48,822 nt of DNA from Octopus bimaculoides (taxonomy: Eukaryota), in NCBI RefSeq assembly GCF_001194135.2, contig NC_069003.1, positions 22,511,235 through 22,560,056 of the forward strand, read 5' to 3'. The translations under genes were made by a program, and so were the position numbers. Below, in pieces: positions 10,906 to 20,847 of this stretch. The stretch's first letter is position 1. Each line of letters opens with the position of its first letter. The notes below the pieces were generated by a model that was given only the letters and a program-made list of their open reading frames with translations, searched no databases and was not told where the DNA came from.

Positions 10906-12542
10906 ATTATAAAGGAATATGAGAGATATGATTGACCATGATAAGTTAATAAGCCAGCAGCTTGACACCTGGAGAAGCAAGTACATGCTATCAGACAGTG
11001 TCATAGGGTACTGAACAGATGGACCACTTAACTTAGGGATTCGTTCAATCTTGACCTCCAGACAGATTAGAACTGAATCGAGGTTATGAACAGAGTAGCC
11101 AGTCTTATCTAGAAATAGGCCGAGAAGATGCCATACATATCCTCTGTTACATATTAAAATCTGACCATTGTGCTTTGCTCTGTTTTTGTCTGACTAGGGT
11201 GGGGTGTCTGCTCATTCACTTCTTGTAGAAGGGACATGTTGTCAACAACCTCTGCACAGAGGGCCGTGGTTGATGATGCACAGAAATGCACTTGAGGCTT
11301 TGGCATGTACGATGATTAATGGATGGTAAACAAGTGAGGCCATGTTCCTACAGCTCACCTCTTTGACAGAGATGCAGTACTGAATCAGGTAAATACCAAG
11401 ATTGGGCATCAGGCATCTGAAATGTTGTCGGACATCCACAACTCTGTACTAGTTAAGAAATGCGATCACAATAGTATTCATCTGAAAGTTAGCTGTGGGT
11501 ATGAGTGACAATATTTATAGGAAAACTCTGGATGACAACCAAAACCAACAGGTTGGTCTGTTCTGGAGGACTTTTAGTCTGAGAGTATTGGACAGTTATC
11601 AGAAATCCCTGATTTAGCAGTACTACTAGGGAAACATTAGGCATGAAAGTGCCTAGCTCGTCCAAGATGTATGCTGAATGACAAAACCATTCTGCATACA
11701 CCAGATCAGTCCCGAACATCACTATCTTGTGGAGTTTTCCTGGAAGCAGTTATTATGGGTAGGATGGATTGGACTAACAGCTGAATCCATTGTGAATATC
11801 GTCCTTCGAAAGAGCAGACAGCGTTCTTCTGTTTGATGACTCTGCTAAAAAAAAGGTTATATGGTTGGTGCAACAGAAAAGGTTGAAGACAGACACTTTG
11901 CTCTTCGGTCAAGCACCGATTGACTTTTTAAAATTTCAATTGCAGAGAAAAATGAGGATGGCGACAAAGGTTCCCACTTCATTTCAAAGTGAATTTGTTT
12001 AAAGATGGGTGGGATTTGTGAACAAAACACCACTGAATGGGCCTATACTTAGCATGCACCTGTATGCAAGAAAATGACAGCTGGAGAGGGTACCAACCCT
12101 TAGTTATCAAGATAATTCAGGATTCGTAAGCATTTTTGGTAGTCTTTTAGGGATGACAGTACCCTTTTTTTATTTTCAGTTTCATTTCCTTTTTCGTTTT
12201 CTCTCTTAACTTGCACACATTTTGTAACCTGTCCATAAAATGTTTCCTTCAGTCATCACCCTTGTGACCGGAGGGAAATTGATTACTATTTCTAGAAAAG
12301 TTTAGCGCTCACATAAAAGTTCTCGTAATAGATACCATAGAGGTTTGATGTAATCGTTTAGCCCCAGGTCAGCGTTGATCCAGCAAACTTATGATCAAAA
12401 GTATTTTTAGATATATTGTATTTAGAATCACATTATTTAGTGTATCCTTCATTTTTTAAAGACAGTAAGATATGATATCACGAAGATTTGGTTGTTATTT
12501 CTTGCAAACAGAATTACAACACGGTTCTTTAGTTATTGCGAA

Positions 12543-12823
12543 TTTCATATGGTTGTAATATCTAACCGTTATCGTTAAGACAACCACATGAAACGCGAAA
12601 CAACAAAAGAGCAACGTCGCTGTCGTTCGATTTGCTAGAAATAGCTAGCAAATATCCCTGAAATAGATAATGAGGAGCTGAGTTTCATATGGTTGTAATT
12701 ATCTCATCGTCATCGTTAAGACAACCATATGTAACCCGAAACAACAAAAGAGCATCATTGTTGTAGTTCGATTTGCTAGAAATAACAGCCAAATGGCCCT
12801 CAAACTGATAATGTGGATCTAAA
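12543..12823. repeat. Two tandem units of about 140 bp, each starting with a hairpin of about 51 nt
   Basis: Units start at 12543 and 12683 (tttcatatggttgtaat...cgttaagacaacca.atg.aa...gaaacaacaaaagagca...ttcgatttgctagaaata). Confidence 0.9.
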
Positions 12824-13004
12824 TTTCCTGCATTTCTAACGTTTACGTATAATATAATTTCTAACGTCTAATGTAAAATAGCAAGGCAGTGCTGAATGAG
12901 TAATAACTTTATAGAAATATAGTGTGGTTTTTATACATCGTATGTGGTATGGAGCAGTACAAGTCTTAATACATTGACTTTAATTTAATTTTTAGTATAT
13001 TCAT

Positions 13005-13136
13005 TCAAGTGGATAAGCTTGCTGCTGATGTACACTCATAATAGATTCTCTGGATTCTGGATTTCTGGCCCAGTAACAAGAGCCGTTTGTTGACAGAGTA
13101 CCGAGTCGGGAGAATATTGGTAACAGATAAACAAGT
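13005..13136 (-). CDS. Putative coding exon of a small-ORF gene (phase-0 reading TCLSVTNILPTRYSVNKRLLLLGQKSRIQRIYYECTSAASLST*)
   Basis: Strong acceptor on the minus strand (ttttattattgatttattttacAG|acttg). The sequence is more GC/CpG-rich than its flanks, was not recognised as a repeat, and is compatible with the donor at 14166. No homology recognised. Confidence 0.35.
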   Translation of the reverse strand, partial: TCLSVTNILPTRYSVNKRLLLLGQKSRIQRIYYECTSAASLST

Positions 13137-14166
13137 CTGTAAAATAAATCAATAATAAAACAACGAGGAAGCATTTACGCGGTCAAATTACCAAGTAGAA
13201 ATAGCAGCCAGAAGCTTTCAAATCCCACCCTACCATTTTAATTAGCTCTCTGCACTTTGAGTTTAAATCTCGACGAGTTTAATTTCATCTTACATCCTTT
13301 CGGAGGTCGACAAAATAAAACACCGGCATGGGGTGGTGGATTGGCAAACTTATTAAAGCATCGGACAAAATAAATGGTTCGCGGTATTTTTTTTTCCGGT
13401 GGCTCTTTGCGTTTTGAGTTCTGAGACGGCAGATGAAAACCGTTGCCCTTTTAAAACAACTGCTTCCGATTTTCTTTGGTTTGTGTGTCTGAGGAGAGAC
13501 AGGTAGACAGATGGAAAAAGAGAGAAGTGATGGAGTGAGGTAGAGGTCGTCATTATTGCCATTACTCTCTTGGGTACCGCTTGCAGAGTTCACTCAATTG
13601 AGAATTAGTCCCTCCACCCTCCCCCATTCACCTGGCTGGAAGTCCCTGAAAAAAAAAATGCTTCGGGTAGTCTTTTCTTCTCTGACTAAAAGGTAAAAGA
13701 CCCAATAAATAAAAAAAAACAGTTATCAACTGTCGACTCGGCATAATAGAACTAATAACTAATTAAATAGAACACACACACGCATATATATATATATANN
13801 NNNNNNNNNNNNNNNNNNNNNNNNNNNNNNNNNNNNNNNNNNNNNNNNNNNNNNNNNNNNNNNNNNNNNNNNNNNNNNNNNNNNNNNNNNNNNNNNNNNN
13901 NNNNNNNNNNNNNNNNNNNNNNNNNNNNNNNNNNNNNNNNNNNNNNNNNNNNNNNNNNNNNNNNNNNNNNNNNNNNNNNNNNNNNNNNNNNNNNNNNNNN
14001 NNNNNNNNNNNNNNNNNNNNNNNNNNNNNNNNNNNNNNNNNNNNNNNNNNNNNNNNNNNNNNNNNNNNNNNNNNNNNNNNATATATATGTGGGGAGAGGG
14101 AGAGAGAGTAAAACGAGAGAGACACAGCTGTGGCTGTGATAGTACGTCTGCTAAATCGAAGCTCAC

Positions 14167-14184
14167 CCGACCCGCAACTCCCAT
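14167..14184 (-). CDS. Putative first coding exon (MGVAGR) of the minus-strand small-ORF gene
   Basis: ATG GGA GTT GCG GGT CGG followed by a consensus-like donor GTGAGC at 14166, inside a CpG-rich segment. Confidence 0.3.
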
Positions 14185-14185
14185 C

Positions 14186-14246
14186 ACTACGATCCCAGAA
14201 TGCCTAGCGACCGACGTCAGAGCTGCTACCTAGTTCCGGTTGTAGT
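14186..14246. promoter_or_regulatory. Candidate bidirectional promoter core: ZNF143/Staf (SBS)-like site, CRE-like site, ETS-like site, ACTACA element
   Basis: ACTACGATCCCAGAATGCCTAGCG (14186-14209) resembles the SBS consensus TCCCANNATGCMYYRCR. CGACGTCA is at 14212-14219, TTCCGG at 14234-14239, and TGTAGT (reverse-strand ACTACA) at 14241-14246. Local CpG enrichment. Confidence 0.5.
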
Positions 14247-14259
14247 GGCGGTGGCTGAA

Positions 14260-14403
14260 GCTCTTTAGTGGAACATCTGTCAAAGGAACAACTCCTCTCT
14301 TAACACCAACCACCACCACCACCACTACAACAACAGCACTAACAACAACAGCACCAAATACTGCGGGATATTATGTATACATTACTTTAGGGAAAAGCTG
14401 GCA
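14260..14403 (+). other. Putative non-coding first exon of a plus-strand transcript (start approximate)
   Basis: Ends at a consensus donor GCA|GTAAGT (14404), directly downstream of the promoter-like motifs. Confidence 0.3.
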
Positions 14404-16260
14404 GTAAGTACAAGTGATATTTCTGCTTTGTTTTAGATGTTTGACACCTCTCTCTTCCCCTTTGTAAGCTGCTTTCGATTTTCTTTGGTTTCTGTGTCTG
14501 AGGAGAGAGACAGGTAGACAGATAAAGAGAGAGAGAGAGACAGGTAGACAGATGGAGAGAGAGAGAGAGAGAGAGGTGATGGAGAGACAGGTAGACAGAT
14601 GGAGAGAGAGAGAGAAGTGATGGAGAGACAGGTAGAGGTCGTCATTATCACCGTTACTCTCTCTCTCTTCATCTCTGTTCCACCGTCGACATGGCAGTTG
14701 CCTCTCATATTATTACACAACAATATTACTTTCTTCATCTCTGTCTTCCATCATCGCCTCCACCTTTTTTCTTTTACCTTCACGACAGTATTTATTGCTA
14801 CACGCTCTCTCCTTATTCTCTCTCATTTACCGCTACTATCCCTCTATTCCACCACCTTACACCACAAGAGGGAACTCTTGGTTGTTGCTCTAATTCTAGC
14901 AAAAGCAGTCAAATCTCACTCAAAAACCACACACTAAAAAAAAAACCCACCCCCAAAAACCACCCGAAAACGGAAAGTAATGCACGCGTTGTGGATAACT
15001 TAGTCCCAGATACCCTACCTGAAATAAAAGGACGATCGACACACCTCAGTTCACTTATTGCACACCTGGAGCTGAACGACACTATGACAATTTCACCACT
15101 TCTAATATACGGCAATGTTCTTTCTCTTCATCTCAGACATGTCTATTATCTCTTATGTTACACGACAACGCTACTCTTCCATCCACTCCATCAGTCCTCA
15201 TCTATTTTTGCTTAATAGTGTCATCACTTCACCTTCTTCTTGCTTAATAATGTTACTGTCTCTTCTTCTTACTATTACCGTTTCTTTTTTCCACGACAAT
15301 TTTTTTATTCACTCTACCTTTTTCTACACCACTTTCTTCACGACCGTCTCTCTGTTCGTATCTCTCTCTCTCTCTACCTGATGCCAACACCACTTCTCAT
15401 TGCACAACATTAAATCTCCCTCTCTATTCATCTTCATAATTTCTATTTGCTCGACAATATTTCTCTTTCAGCCATCATCACCATCATCATTTTTTCCATG
15501 CACGATAACATTACCCTTTCTCTCTTTTTGATACACTCTATCACGCTTCAACACCACCACCACCAGCACCGTCTCCTTGCTCGAGACATCATTACTCTCT
15601 ATATCCATTAAACAACAACCATCAAATCTTACTATCTGGTTCTTATTTCATGCAACTAACGCTGTCTACTTTTTGTTTCTTTCTCACACTTACCTCCTCT
15701 CTTTATCTCATCTACTACCACAATCCCCATGTGTCCCTCTTCCCTTTTATCTTCCCATCAATGCCGACATCTACCGTACAATATTATTATTTCCTACAGC
15801 TACTCTTTCTAGCACCATTTCTAAACGCGACAATGATTCACTTCACACTGCCGTCATCTTCGATGATAACAAGTTACATTTATTGTGTGAGCTTGTTAGA
15901 ATATATATATATATATATGTATATATGTATATATATATTATATAAGGGGGAGAGAATTTTTATTTATATAAATGCCAAAAAGAAAAAAAAAACTGAACTC
16001 AAGTCCATCTGGACCAAGAACTCAATACACGAAAATAGAGAAATATATATATATTTTTTCGGGTAACTGTTACTTTGATATTCGCCCAAACTGTATGTGT
16101 GTTTAGACATTTTCCAGCCATGTGACAAAAATGTCCTTAACATTATAAGAAACAGTTATATATATATGCCATAGGCTAATTTTGTCCTGCACTCCTGTTT
16201 CTCGTGGACTGCTTTTTTCATCATCATTAATGGAAGTATGTGGTGTAAATATTTTTTTAC

Positions 16261-16312
16261 CTTTTGTCATACACCCTCTAGAAATTAGTTTCCCTTTTAC
16301 AAGGGCTGTCAT
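16261..16312 (-). CDS. Alternative putative upstream coding exon (MTALVKGKLISRGCMTK-), phase-1 donor
   Basis: ATG at 16312, donor AAG|GTAAAA at 16260. Splicing to 13136 gives an open 50-aa ORF ending ...DLFICYQYSPDSVLCQQTALVTGPEIQNPENLL*. Confidence 0.2.
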
Positions 16313-17339
16313 AGAGAGTCATTCATCTATGAAGAATTGTTTTTTTTTTTCCATCCGTCATCAACATGTACATTGTACAATGCATTAGCATCCATGGTAA
16401 GCGGTTCGAAACGCAACATCGCCAGTTTTTCCTCGCGTTTGACAGGATTAAAAGACTAACACACACGCGTTTAAAAATATCTCTATTAGCTGTTCACATG
16501 ATGGACATTATTTACATAAAGCGGAATCTTTTTTATTCGCGTCTACCTTTCTTAGTTTCATGCAGCAAAAGTACAAAGTATTCAGTACTTGCTGCATGAA
16601 ACTTCATTTGCTTGGCCCCAAATTGTGTGTGTGTGTGTGTGTATACGCGTGTGTAAATATATATATATATATATATATATATAAACATATAGATTTGACA
16701 AACCAATCTAACATTGCTATATTCCTGTTAATTTGCGTCCGGATATCTTTTTGGTTGGACGTCATTAGTTTTATGTGTGTATGTTTGTGTTTGAGATATC
16801 TTTTCTTAACTGGATTGACAAGACTTGATAGTTATTTAAAATCAATGTCTGATTATCCACGGATCACATTAACTAACTTCAGCCACCCACCCAAACACAC
16901 ACGCACACACACACACACCACATATGAACGAGTCTTTGCGCATTAAGCTCAAATCTGCTAGAAACAGCAGTCAAATCTCATGTCTTACTCTAGCGTCTTA
17001 ATAAAGGGTAAACAGCAGATGGAATGATTGTGACATATAGAACTTGATCCATAAGGTTTGTATGATAAAAACTGTCCGAGCCCTAATCATCAGCCTAATC
17101 CTCACGCACAGAAAAAGAGGTATGTCTGACCTCCTGTCTTTCCTTTTTTCCCCCACCTTTCATTTCAATCCTTTTCGTGTCTGGTGTCCCGAAAAATGCA
17201 GAGCTTATTCGGAGGTGGGAGATTATGATAGCCGTATGGATTAGAGGTAAGACAGACTAACTGAATAACACAAACAAACACTACTTGAGAAATAGCTCGC
17301 ATGTAATGTACAAACTCTAATCCTAGAGGCGTTAAATAC

Positions 17340-17760
17340 TTACTCTTTTACTCTTTCATTTGTTTCAGTCCTTTGACTGCGGCCATGCTGGAGCACCGCC
17401 TTTAGTCGGAGCAAATCGACCCCAGGACTTGTTCTTTGGAAGCCTAGTACTTATTCTATCGGTCTCTCTTTTGCCGAACCGCTAAGTTACGGGGACGTAA
17501 ACACACCAGCATCGGTTGTCAAGCGATGTTGGGGGGGGGGACAAACACAGACACACAAACATATACACAAACACACATATACATATATATACATATATAC
17601 GACGGGCTTCTTTCAGTTTCCGTCTAGCAAATCCACTCACAAGGCTTTGGTCGGCCCGAGGCTATAGTAGAAGACACTTGCCCGAGGTGCCACGCAGTGG
17701 GACTGAACCCAGAATCATGTGGTTGGTAAGCAAGCTACTTACCACACAGCCACTCCCGCG
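17340..17760 (-). mobile_element. Near full-length, young-looking SINE (tRNA head, CORE-like motif, internal microsatellite, tail)
   Basis: Complete head 'gcgggagtggctgtgtggtaagtagcttgcttacc', CpGs retained, tail ending in 'aaagagtaaaagagtaa'. Confidence 0.92.
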
Positions 17761-18173
17761 CTTATTTATCTTTTTTTTTTTTGTCATGTGTAAATCCAAA
17801 CATATATGCTTTGGAAATGTGTGTATGTGTGTTAAAACTGGATAGTGTATTGTCAGCATAAGCAGCCCCATTACATTAAACAAACAGTTTGTTCAGCTGT
17901 AGATTGTCAAACGCTGTTTTACACACACGCACCTTTATACGTGTGTGTAGGCGCGTGCTGTTTATTATCCCCCGAGTTAATTCCAATGGTGCTGACCTAT
18001 AGTTGGTGTTCCAGCCATCTAGGATTATGTAATCCAAGAATTTGTACATCAAGAATTATATTGTCCGGTGTGCCCTTCTTTATTAAGACAGATTCACGAG
18101 GTAGATTTCGCAGCTATTTCTAGCCGCTCGATTGACAGCGTAGATGTTCCCGTGTATGTAAGTTCGTTTAAAT

Positions 18174-18397
18174 CAACGGTTCTCGACTGGGGTCCCATAA
18201 GATTTTGTTGCTAAAGTTTGTGCAATAAACTGGTTATCTTTCTGCAATTCACAAAATTTTAAAACATTTTTGTGTACAATTCCTCATATTTAATCATAAA
18301 AATATAACAGGAGTTTTTAAACATCAAAATGCTATGAGCGTATCCCCTCCCAGTTAATCAAAGGAGTCTATAGGTAAAAAATGGTTGAGAACCACTA
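18174..18397. mobile_element. hAT (Charlie-like) MITE
   Basis: TIRs caacggttctcgac / gttgagaaccacta; 8-bp TSD gtttaaat / gtttaatt; same family as 34952-35180. Confidence 0.85.
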
Positions 18398-18654
18398 GTT
18401 TAATTGGTTATATGAGTACAGGTATGTTATTTGTGGGCATAAATTCACAACGTGACTACGGTACATATGGAAAATGTTCGTATGTTTTTGTATGTAGGCG
18501 TATATTTATGTAACACAGTCGTGGGCGTGGTTGTGTAGTAAAAAATTTGTTTCCCAACCACTAAGTCCCGGGTCGGCCCAACCACTAAGTCCCGGGTCGG
18601 CCCAAATCGTCCAACTGCGTCCATGCGGGGCCACCACTTTGAAGAAGTTTTAGT

Positions 18655-18985
18655 CGAAGGAATCAACCCCAGCACTTTCTGTTTAAAGCCTGTTACTTGT
18701 TCTATCGACGTTTTTTGCCGAACTGCTAAGCTACGTAGACGTAAACACACCAGCACTTGTTGCTAAGCGGCGGTAAGGGACAAACACAGACATGAAAATA
18801 CACACACACACACACATACAGATACACACGTCAGGTTTCTTTCAGTTTCCACCTACCAAATCCACTCTCAAGGCTTTGGTTGGCCTGAGGCTATAGAAGA
18901 CACTTGCCCAAAGTGACATGCAGTGGGACTGAACCTGGAATCATGTGATTTTGGAAGCAAACTTCTTACCTCACAGCTATACCTG
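18655..18985 (-). mobile_element. SINE copy
   Basis: Head, CORE-like motif and tail similar to 17340-17760. Confidence 0.85.
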
Positions 18986-19039
18986 CACCCATACACACGC
19001 ACACACACACACACACACACACACCCACCCACCCACACA

Positions 19040-19275
19040 CAGGGTTGGCCAAAAGTCATCTGACAGTAAATCAAAACCATTTAATTCCAAGATTTATTTA
19101 TGTTCAACAATTATTGAATGAATTTAATAAAAGCATCTAAATATGAAACATAATGAAAATTGTTCAAACTGAAGTCCTTCTTGAGCGACACATCCTTCCA
19201 TTCAAATCAATACAGAATTACAGTTAGTATTTATGAAATTTTGATTTACTGTCGGGTGACTCTTGGCCAACCCTG
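19040..19275. mobile_element. Tc1/mariner-type MITE with 37-bp TIRs
   Basis: cagggttggccaaaagtcatctgacagtaaatcaaaa (19040-19076) versus ttttgatttactgtcgggtgactcttggccaaccctg (19239-19275), followed by TA. Confidence 0.9.
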
Positions 19276-19510
19276 TATGTATGTATGTGTGTGTATTTGT
19301 TTGTGTTTGTTCCCCCCATTGCTTGACAACAGGTGTCAGTTTGTTTATGTCCCTGTTACTTAGTGGTTCGACAAAACAGATCAATGGAATAAGTACCAGG
19401 CTTAAAAAAAAAAAATGCTAAGGTTGATTCTTTCAACTTATAAGTTCTTCAAGGTAATGCTCCAGCATGGCTGCAGTTTAATGACTGTAACAAGTGAAAG
19501 ATAAAAGATA
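19276..19510 (+). mobile_element. SINE 3' half (microsatellite plus tail)
   Basis: 'tttgtccccccattgcttgacaac...ctccagcatggctgcagtttaatgactgtaacaagtgaaagataaaaga'. Confidence 0.85.
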
Positions 19511-19514
19511 TCAT

Positions 19515-20035
19515 CATTTGGTTGAGCTTGCTTGGATATATTTAACTGCCATCTATTTTGGTCCTGCATTAGTTGAGGGCAGGCTTTGGAGAGGTATGCA
19601 GTGTTTCTGGTGAGTTGATCTACATCCAGTGTTTCTGGTGAGTTGATCTACATCCAGTGTCTCTGGTGAGTTGATCTACATCCAGTGTTTCTGGTGAGTT
19701 GATCTACATCCAGTGTCTCTNNNNNNNNNNNNNNNNNNNNNNNNNNNNNNNNNNNNNNNNNNNNNNNNNNNNNNNNNNCAGTGTTTCTGGTGAGTTGATC
19801 TACATCCAGTGTTTCTGGTGAGTTGATCTACATCCAGTGTCTCTGGTGAGTTGATCTACATCCAGTGTTTCTGGTGAGTTGTTTGGATGACTTGCTTGAG
19901 TATGGCCATTCTGTCAGCTGTTGTTTAGCTTGCTAGCAGTGTTCTGCAATAATGAAAGCACGTTTCCCTTTATAACGGTGGAAACAGGCAGGAGATCTTC
20001 ATACAGCTGTTTCTTGGTAGGATGACTTCTCCGAC
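19515..20035 (-). mobile_element. RTE-clade LINE 3' fragment containing a 28-bp minisatellite
   Basis: Minus strand translates as '...QLTRNT(G)...PQLMQDQNRW', like the RTE C-terminal 'TYIDQL..DTG.....M.DR..W' motif. Confidence 0.6.
19599..19881. repeat. 28-bp minisatellite (cagtgtYtctggtgagttgatctacatc)n spanning an N gap
   Basis: Units at 19599, 19627, 19655, 19683, 19711 (partial), 19779, 19807, 19835 and 19863 (partial). Confidence 0.97.
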
Positions 20036-20039
20036 ATAT

Positions 20040-20271
20040 ATTCTTTCATTTGTTTCAACCATTTGACTGCAGCCATACTGGAGCACTGCCTCGAAGGTTT
20101 TTTTTTTTAGTCAAATAAATCAACCCCAGGGCTTGTTTCTTTTTAAAGTCTAGTACTTATTCTGTCGGTCTCTTTTGCTGAACTGCTAAGTTATGGGGAT
20201 GTAAACACACCAACTCCAGTTGTCAAGCAGTGATGGGGAGACAAAGGCACACACACATACACACATATATG

Positions 20272-20314
<43 letters not shown>

Positions 20315-20333
20315 NNNNNNNNNNACATATATG

Positions 20334-20368
<35 letters not shown>

Positions 20369-20545
20369 TCACACACACACACACAACAGGCTTCTTTCAG
20401 TTTCTGTTTGCCAAATCTACTCACAAAGCTTTGGTCGGCCTGAGGCTTATAGTAGAAGACATTTGCCCAAGGTGCCATGCAAAGGACAGAACCCAGAACC
20501 ATGTGGTTGGGAAGCAAGATTCTTATCACACAGCCATGTCTGCAC
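20040..20545 (-). mobile_element. SINE copy with long internal (CA)/(TA) tract and a small gap
   Basis: Head, CORE-like motif and tail as in the other copies. Confidence 0.85.
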
Positions 20546-20638
20546 CTATATTTAAGACTGCTCTTAACATTCAGATGTAATTTCAATCTAGCTTGGATTT
20601 CAGTGATTTAGCAAGCATCCAGGCTGTTGCTTCTTATA

Positions 20639-20847
20639 CAGGGTGTCCACAAAGTCTGGGTACATGGGGATTAACACATACTTTAAGAAATTATTTCTTA
20701 TATTTAATTGTTTATGTTATGATTTTGTTTACTCCATATACCCACATGGGGATTAACGCATACTTTAAGAAATTATTATTTCTTATATTTAATTGTTTAT
20801 GTTATATTTTTATTTACTCCATGTACCCAAACTTTGTGGACACCCTG
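20639..20847. mobile_element. Tc1/mariner-type MITE with a dimeric interior and TA TSD
   Basis: TA-cagggtgtccacaaagtctgggtacatgg ... ccatgtacccaaactttgtggacaccctg-TA, with two internal units of about 80 bp; a second copy lies at 48063-48261. Confidence 0.92.

Larger units (their letters stand above)
13460..14662. repeat. Direct repeat pair (13460-13570 and 14469-14662); second copy internally expanded
   Basis: Both read ctgctt.cgattttctttggttt.tgtgtctgaggagaga...caggtagacagat...gaggtcgtcattat...ttactctct. Copy 2 has three 'gagagacaggtagacagat' units. Confidence 0.85.

Noticed and set aside
11060-11950. Higher-complexity region with faint likeness to a LINE endonuclease (plus) or a tyrosine recombinase (minus)
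   Set aside because: Stops in every frame and no unambiguous motif; it needs a tBLASTx or HMM search.
17203-17247. Possible 45-nt plus-strand exon ending GAG|GTAAGA
   Set aside because: The splice signals are plausible, but its phase-1 end gives early stops with every downstream candidate exon; left unmodelled.
19599-19881. CRISPR-like appearance of the 28-bp array
   Set aside because: The units are contiguous with no spacers, there are no cas genes, and the context is eukaryotic.
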